Below are positions 54,301 through 63,300 of a DNA stretch of 64,000 bases, piece by piece. The first letter of the stretch is position 1. Every line of letters begins with the position of its first letter. The stretch is from the NCBI RefSeq assembly GCF_947568905.1, contig NC_079169.1, positions 38,130,001-38,194,000 on the forward strand, written 5' to 3'. The position numbers and the translations under genes are program-made. This DNA is from Ostrea edulis. Its lineage: Eukaryota. The notes beneath the pieces were generated by a model. It saw only the letters and a program-made list of their open reading frames with translations. It had not been told where the DNA came from and made no database searches.

Positions 54301-57300
54301 CTCCACCACCACCCGAGTCCTGACTGATATACTCGTACCCTCCACCACCACCCAAGTCCTGACTGATATACTTGCACATACACACCTACCTAAGTCCTGA
54401 CTGAAATACTCACACCCTCCACCACCACCCGAGTCCTGACTGATATACTTACAGATACACACGCACCTGAGTTCTGACTGACACTCATACACCTACACTC
54501 ACAACAGGGGTCCAAATTAACTTTTTCTACCACAGGCTAATTTTAGCCTGTGGGTAAAAAATCCACAGGCTAAAATGAAAACCTACAAGCTAAAATAAAA
54601 TTAATGAAGCAGTGCTCTTTTTTCATTTTTTTTTTTTAAATCAACGATTTCCCCCCATCATTACTGAGCCTAGTGGGTCAACAGACATCGTTTGGACAGG
54701 ACACTAAGTTATGTAAGTCATATGGTGCAATATTTAGGTCTCTTGATTATCGCATCTCTAATCCACAACCTGTTTACCGCAGGTCTAATTCCAGTCTTTC
54801 AATTTCATGCCGAATCCCAGATTCATGGTTTTATAAGCAGCACGATCACGAGCTCCATGAACTTTTTTGATAATCGTCTACGCGGTGAGCAGTGCACTCG
54901 TGTCATCACTACAACCCAACCTCAATATGACAATAAATTAATTTAGATAGGACATTCTCATGATTCTGATAAAAATGACTTACGGAAGACTTGATAAAAC
55001 AGACTCCGATTTTTTTTTTTATAAATGAATAACAAAAACCTCATACTTGGAATTCAATTTAATCACCCCTATAGATGAACAGGTCTATATTTTTCATAAT
55101 GCGATGTCCGACCTCTAAAGCATTTGTTTGACTCCGAGTTTCTTAAAAAAATCATCAAAGAAAAATCCGGATAGAAATGGTTGTTGAAATCGGTCGTTCA
55201 TGTAAGCGTTTGTATGATTCAAAGTGCAAGTTTAAGAAAAGCGAATAGCGCATCACTGTATAAAACAGATACAATATGATCATAGTTTGTAAATCACCAC
55301 TCGCTAAGATTTTTGAGTGTCCACTATTTTTACTTGCTATTTTTCAAATGTACTGGCATTTTGCAAGTATTTCTTGTTAATTTCGATCTCTGCACAAGTC
55401 CCAAACTGTGACATACCTGGAAATCAGTTGTACTATTGACGTTAATCACGGCTTGTTTCCACTGATTTCCCTGTGTCCCTCTTTTAGTAAACTGGAGGAT
55501 TTTCTTCCCTCCAATCATACTGTAGACACTGAATACACCAATGTTAGGTCCAAACATGTGGTACCAGAGAGTGAAACAATAACCTGACATGCCTGTCGGT
55601 GGAATGATGGGGGACAAGAGAACTGCATAGTCGTTGTTATGATGACCAGAGGCCTCCAGGTATAGGTAGTTACCTGTACAGAAAAGTGTACAGTAAATAA
55701 ATAACTCTCTTGACATTTTTAAATTACACTTGAACTTTGGTATCTTGAACATTAACATTTCGAATACCATGGAAGTGTAAAATTGAGTTAGAAACCCCAA
55801 CTACAATTTCTTCATGTATCTTAACCTAAATATCTCAAACCCTTGGATATTTTGAAGTTTTTTCTTAGCCCCTATCAAGTTTAAGATATCAAGGTTTGAC
55901 TGTATTTGATAATTCATAAAGGGAAAGATGTAAGAAACTTTTTTACTTTTATTTTCTACACTGTAACATTTATATATTTACCAACTGAAGTTCCACCATT
56001 AGGATCTAAAAAGAAAATTTAAAAAGAAAATGTATGTCTTAATCAACCCTCAATATTCAAATTTGTTTATGAACAATCATGATTTTCAAAAATGGTTTAC
56101 CTTGATTCTGGGTGTGATCTGCAAGGGGTCCAGTCCCCCGACTCGGGGTTGTGCCATTGTTTAATGACCAGTCAAATGTGTCTGCTGTACTCTGCTTCCA
56201 ATTGCAGATTCCATTATAATCAAAATCACACCTAACATTTCCATATCCTAAAGAGATAGTCATAAATATAAATGTATCGTGTACAAATCTGTGGGACACT
56301 CCTTTTTACAAATGAATTTCAACATAAATTTGTCCGCAAATTAATCCATTTAATCATTTTCTAAAAAAAAAAACCTGGAGGTATTTCATCCTGGCTTTTT
56401 TCTGTTTTTTCAGTACGTGTGAAAATCATATTCTTTGTTTGAAAAAAATTCATATGACTGCCAAAAGTGACTCAAAAAAATTCATATGACTGCCAAAAGT
56501 GACTCACCACTTTGTTTAGCTATATCTGGGGTGGTTGTACACCCTGATGTCAGGTCCACGGAGATGTCATCCACAGCAATGTCCCCTTTATATCCTGTAC
56601 CCCGGACACCTTCAAATACCAGCTGGAAAGGTTTCCCGGAGTACTGACTGGGGATGTTCATCTGTCCCTGCTGCCAGGAATTTCCTGCCTGTCCCGTAAG
56701 CTTCCATAGTCGAGCTTCATTAGTAGTGGAATCCGACGTGGTGTTCGTTAGGACATACACACTGAGTGAGCTAATGTCAGATCCATACATATGGAAGTAA
56801 AAACTCAGACAGGCATCATTTGTCTGAGCAGGGAAGGCCTGGCTAACATATCTAGCTGTATCTCCCTGAACCCTTGGGGCACTGGACTCTATGTAGATAT
56901 AGTGGCCAGAGGAGTTTTGGAATGTGTGGTCAAATGAAGGACCAGTAAATCGACTAGTGGTCCCACCACTGGATACAAGCCAATCAAAATTGTCTTTCAC
57001 CTGAGTGTTGGACCAGCTGCAGGGTGATTCAAAGTTACAGGCACCTAACAAATGGGACGTAAAATTAATCAAAAAACAAAAGAGGGCACACACAAGTATA
57101 TACATGTATCATTGGTGGGTTTTTTTTTTTACCTGTGACTTGACAAGCTCCAGATGAACTAGAGATGTCATCAATAGCTATGTCTCCTCGGTATCCATTT
57201 CCTCTAACTCCCTCAAATATAACCTGTTAAAATAATTTAGACTTTTAGATACAGCTACTCATAAAAACTATCATTTTATTAAATGACAGTGCAAAGGTGT

Positions 57301-60300
57301 AAACTTTGAAAGGTTCATGGCAAATAAATTTTAATATGTACAAGTATTATAATTCTAACTCTTACAACAATGCTGGAAAAAACCAAAATATTTCACTTAA
57401 CTTTACATTGAAATATCAATTCTTGAAAGAGAAAAAATCTTACCCTGTATGTGCCTGCGGGATTGAGAGTGATCTGCCCTTGGTGCCAAGGTTGGCCCTG
57501 ATTGAAGTTCCTGCTCCATATTGGTTGAGTACCAAGAGCAGTGCCACCATTGGTTTGATAGACATTGAGAGATCCAACATTCTGACCATACATCTGATAG
57601 TAAAATGTCAAACAAATGGGGGATCCAGGATTTTGTGGAGTGTACTGGGGACTGACAAGGTGGGCGGTGTTGTTGGGAGCCATAGGGGCTGATGATTCCA
57701 TGAACACATAATGACCGCTGGGAGTGCCCAAAGTGTGGTCAGCTGTAGGACCAGTTCCAGAAGAGGCAGTGTTACCGGTATGCAAGACCCACATAAATCT
57801 CTCTGTTGGCAACTTCAGGAGATAACCACAAACTGAACTAGACTCAAAGTTACAAGCCATCGGGTCGACTACAAATACAAATAAATGTTGTTACGTGTAC
57901 ATACATAGACACTACAAATAAATGTTGCTACATGTACATACATAGACACTACAAATAAATGTTGTTACGTGTACATACATAGACACTACAAATAAATGTT
58001 GTTACGTGTACATACATAGACACTACAAATAAATGTTGTTACGTGTACATACATAGACACTACAAATAAATGTTGTTACGTGTACATACATAGACACTAC
58101 AAATAAATGTTGTTACGTGTACATACATAGACACTACAAATAAATGTTGTTACGTGTACATACATAGACACTACAAATAAATGTTGTTACGTGTACATAC
58201 ATAGACACTACAAATAAATGTTGTTACGTGTACATACATAGACACTACAAATAAATGTTGTTACGTGTACATACATAGACACTACAAATAAATGTTGTTA
58301 CGTGTACATACATAGACACTACAAATAAATGTTGCTACATGTACATACATAGACACTACAAATAAATGTTGTTACGTGTACATACATAGACATTACAATC
58401 ACAATAATAATAATAATTCTACTATGAATAAAACATTAAACATGATTTACTGAACAAAACCCCCTTCTATTAAAATCAGAAAATAGATAATTAAGAGAAC
58501 ATTTATTTTAAACAAACTGCAATAACTGTAGAGTAATTGATTTCAGTATTTTTCACCCCATAATCAGGGAATTTTTTTCCCCTACCTCCAATATTTTGAC
58601 ATGGTCCCATAGACAATCTGATGTCATCAATAGCAATATCTCCGCGGTAACTAGTGCCCCTGACTCCTTCAAAGACAACCTGGTAGGCCATGGTGGGTTT
58701 TATATTGACCGTGGCCTTGATCCATCGGTTTCCTTGTGTGCCTTTCTTAGTCCACACTGGTGTTCCTAAAGTGGGAGACCCACTCATGACATAAACATTC
58801 AATGTATTGACATGTGTGCCGTACATGTGATACCAGAAACTCAGACAGCGAGTCTGTCTATCTGAAATTAGTGGACTGGTCAGCTGGGCCTTGTCCCCTG
58901 GTCTACGCGGAGATGAAGCCTCAATATACAGATACCAGCCATTACCTGTCAGAAAATTACCAAGTACACATGTATATTAAATGGATTCATTGTACAAACT
59001 GTTCAATTTAACACATTGCATGTCGTTGAATGTATTTTTGCTACTTGGGTGAACAATAAACATTTCTTGTATAGTTGTGTAGAGCGTGACTTACGAGTTC
59101 CTGTGGTGTGGTCATTGGTGGGCCCTGTGAGTGCAGACCCAGTGGGACCCTGAGCCCGAGTCCAATTAAACTGATCCCCCGTAACAATCTGAGTCCACTT
59201 ACACAAGCCTTGTTCAAAGTTGCAATCATACACAGTGGGGGCTAAAAACATAGAAAGACAAATATTTTTATATCGTGCAACTTAGAACTATAAATAATAT
59301 CATATCTAGTTAGAATTTTACACTTCTTTTTTCTTCTTCTTTTTTTAAGAGTGAGAGGGGGAGATATTAATTATTCTTGGTACTTTGATTTTAAATTTGT
59401 TAGTTCTTACAACTGGGATTTGGATTGGCATCAACCATCACTAAATAGTTGATATCCTGTAGAGTCATTTAAATTCGTGGGGGCCAATTGTCGTGGATTG
59501 CTGAATTTTTATGGGTTCTTGGGGACGTAATTTTGTGGATTTATATAATTGTAAGAAAGATAACTCTGGAATATCTTTATTCATTGAGGATGTAAATTTG
59601 TGGGTGAGGGGTACCCACGAATTCCACGAAAATTGAGCCACCAGTGGATTAAAAATGACCTATAAAATTTGTTTTGTCAGACAGAGTGGCTAATCATATT
59701 TTAGTGTTTAATGGCAACAAAAAATAATTGATAATCCTTCTTAGTCAAAATAAAAGCATTCAAATGATAGTCCGTAAAGACAATTTTGAATGGCTGGAGG
59801 GAAACTTCAAACCATGCAATCAAAATGACTTAGAGAATGTATAAAAAGACTGACTAAAAACTGAGTTAAAATGCCTCTGAAGAACTTTAGAGCAGTCAGA
59901 TAAGGACAGCAACCCATATTTAATGTGAAAATTTTTAATCCAACAACACAGCTAACAAGAAAAAAGGAGCAACAAATGGCTCAATTTAAATCCCTGACTA
60001 CATTATTACACTGCGCAAACCATTATGACATGTGATGATTGCATCATAGAAATTTTTAAAAATTTAACATCACAAATAAATGAAAATGGTGTCTATAAAT
60101 AATGATTCTTTCAATGTTGGGCAAAATAAATCTCAGCTAGAAAGACATAATAAACAATAACAATTGACCCACAGGCCTTATAGGTCACCTGAGTACTAAA
60201 CAATAGACCCACAGGCCTTATAGGTCACCTGAGTACTAAACAATAGACCCACAGGCCTTATAGGTCACCTGAGTACTAGTGAAAAAGTATTACTACTCCC

Positions 60301-63300
60301 ACAGGCCTTATAGGTCACCTGAGTACTAGTGAAAAAGCATCACTACTCCCAAGGGCTATGAAATCTAGAGAAAAAAAATTCCTGTTCTGAATATCAAAGC
60401 TAAATTCTAATGTTTAGCAACAGTATAAAACAAGATGTGTTCTAAAAACTTTAATGCCCTAAAAAGTGCATTCACTGATGAAAGGCTTTAAATAATAGGT
60501 GTATTAACATTAAAACATCAAAAGATATGACTAATTTGGACCTATCTTAGAGTAAAAAATTACCATACAGTATCAGTAAACTTACAGATAAATACTGCAT
60601 ACTAAGTTTGGCCCCACCCTGGGGTCAGAACCCCTACCCCAGGGATCATCAAATTTACAATTTTGGTAAAGGACTACCTGCTCTTTCTAAATATCCATTT
60701 ATTTTCAATTTAGTATCAATAACATTGAAGAAGATGTTATTTAAGTGTTTTACACATAAACACTATATAGTAAGTTTGCCCCCCCCCCCCCCCCCCCCCC
60801 CCCCGGGGTCAGAACCCCTACCCCAGGGATCATCCAATTTACAATTTTGGTAGAGGCTTTCCTGCTTTACATCACTATGCATTTAGTTTTTCTTAAACAT
60901 GTGTGGTTATAGTGAATATTTTTTGAAAATTTGTCAATTTTGGGCAGTTTTTGCCCTGCCCCTAAGGTGCAGGAATCCTGAAATTTACAATTTATGTCTC
61001 CCTTGTCCCAAAGATGCTTCATGCCAAATATGAAAAGTATTGGACTGGTGGTTATCAAGAAGAAGTTAAAAATGTTAAATTGTTAATGCATGATGGCGGA
61101 CGACAACCAATTGCAATAGGTCACCTGAGTAAACTCAGTTAAAAATGTTCAATTGTTAACGCACGACAGAAGACACAAGACGACGGATGACAACCAAACT
61201 CAGGTGACCTAAAAAGTCAGAGTTTTACTTCATAAATACTAATTAATGGCCTAAAACTTTCATGGATCAAACCAAAATGGCCTACACTTTTCGCCCCTCT
61301 GTCCTTTAAAGTTACAGTCTAATATGAATCACTGTTTACCTGGAGTTGCCGTGGCTGTTGTTGTCATGGTAACTGGTTTTGGAGTGGTATTCTGATTGGC
61401 TGGGTTGGCACTGGCTGGTTGTACTACATAACAAAAACATTTATCAGTGCTATTCTCTTATCAATACCGTAAACCAACTTTTATTTGCATGCAATAAATT
61501 TTCAACAGGTTTACGAGAACCTCATCATTGCGAATATTTCTCACAACAGACCCGTCCTTTAATGCCTCTTGTATTTGTTTTAAGATGATATGGGTCGCAA
61601 AAATTAGTCGCCATGAACAAGTTCATCAGGGATAAATTGTGAAATAAAGTCATCAGAATAAAAGCTGGTTTACAGTATACAATGCATAGACATGTAACTA
61701 AATGTAGATATTGTATAAACATGAGTGACAATCAATTGTCCTTTAATACTAAGTCAAAGGGTACTATGTTTATAATGATTAATAACTCACATGCACAGTT
61801 ACTACCAGAGAAGGTTACATCATCTATAGCCATGTCTCCTTGGTAAGAAGAGCCCCGGATTCCTTCGAAGATCACCTGCGGATTACATCACACACGTAAC
61901 AATATCAACAAATCTTATAGATACTGGGAGTGAATGGAGAACCTCCAATCTACAACACACTATATCTACAGTTCCAAAGTTTTTGCGTTTGATATCTTAA
62001 CATATTGTAATGTAATGCAGCTGTGAGCAGTGGGCGTTTGTGATATCTTAACAAATTGTAATGTAATGCAGCTGGGAGCAGTGGATGTTAGATATCTTAA
62101 CAAATTGTAATGTAATGCAGCTGGGAGCAGTGGGCGTTTGATATCTTAACAAATTGTAATGTAATGGAGCTGTGAGCAGTGGGCGTTTGAATCTTGACAA
62201 ATATAGTACATCTAGTCTAACGGGAATTCTGACAGAAATGAAAGTAGAATGTATATATAAATAACAAATTTCAGTTTTGAAAATACATGAGGGTATGAGC
62301 TGCAACGCTTCACACAGAGATACAAAAGCTAGCATGAAGCGTCTGTTTTTACCCTCGTGTTTTTTCAAACTAAAATTTATTTCTGAAATGAACACTGTGA
62401 GTGTGATACTTACATTGTACTATACATTACTGGTGATACTTACATTGTACTGTACATTACTGATGATACTTACATTGTACTGTACATTACTGATGATACT
62501 TACATTGTACTGTACATTACTGATGATACTTACATTGTACTGTACATTACTGATGATACTTACATTGTACTGTACATTACTGATGATACTTACATTGTAC
62601 TGTACATTACTGATGACACTGTGAGTGTGATACTTACATTGTACTGTACATTACTGATGATACTTACATTGTACTGTACATTACTGATGACACTGTGAGT
62701 GTGATACTTACATTGTACTGTACATTACTGATGATACTTACATTGTACTGTACATTACTGATGATACTTACATTGTACTGTACATTACTGATGATACTTA
62801 CATTGTACTGTACATTACTGATGACACTGTGAGTGTGATACTTACATTGTACTGTACATTGCTGGTAACAGCCACCTGAGCAGGATGCCATTGATTGGTC
62901 TGACTTTTAGATAAGGACCACACAGTTTTGTTCCCGCCACTATTAACCACGTACACATTTAGTGACCCTATTCCTGAGCCGTACATATGATACCAGAAGT
63001 GCAGACACCTGGCAGAGCTGGCCGGGAACTGGGTACTCTGGAGGCGAGCCACCTCCCCTGGAACTCGAGGAGCACTGGCCTCGATAAAGGCATAGTGGCC
63101 TACAACACAACACAAAAGCTACACATACCATAAACAGCTCACAGGTTTCCATTGCTACAATACTATTCACATAGGGAAGAATTACTCTATCGTAAAATTG
63201 CACATGGTTTCCATTTTTTAAAAAGATTATATATATCACATTAATTTGTTTCCACAGAAATGTAAAAATTTTTTTTAATGTATCTTTCAAAATTTCAACC

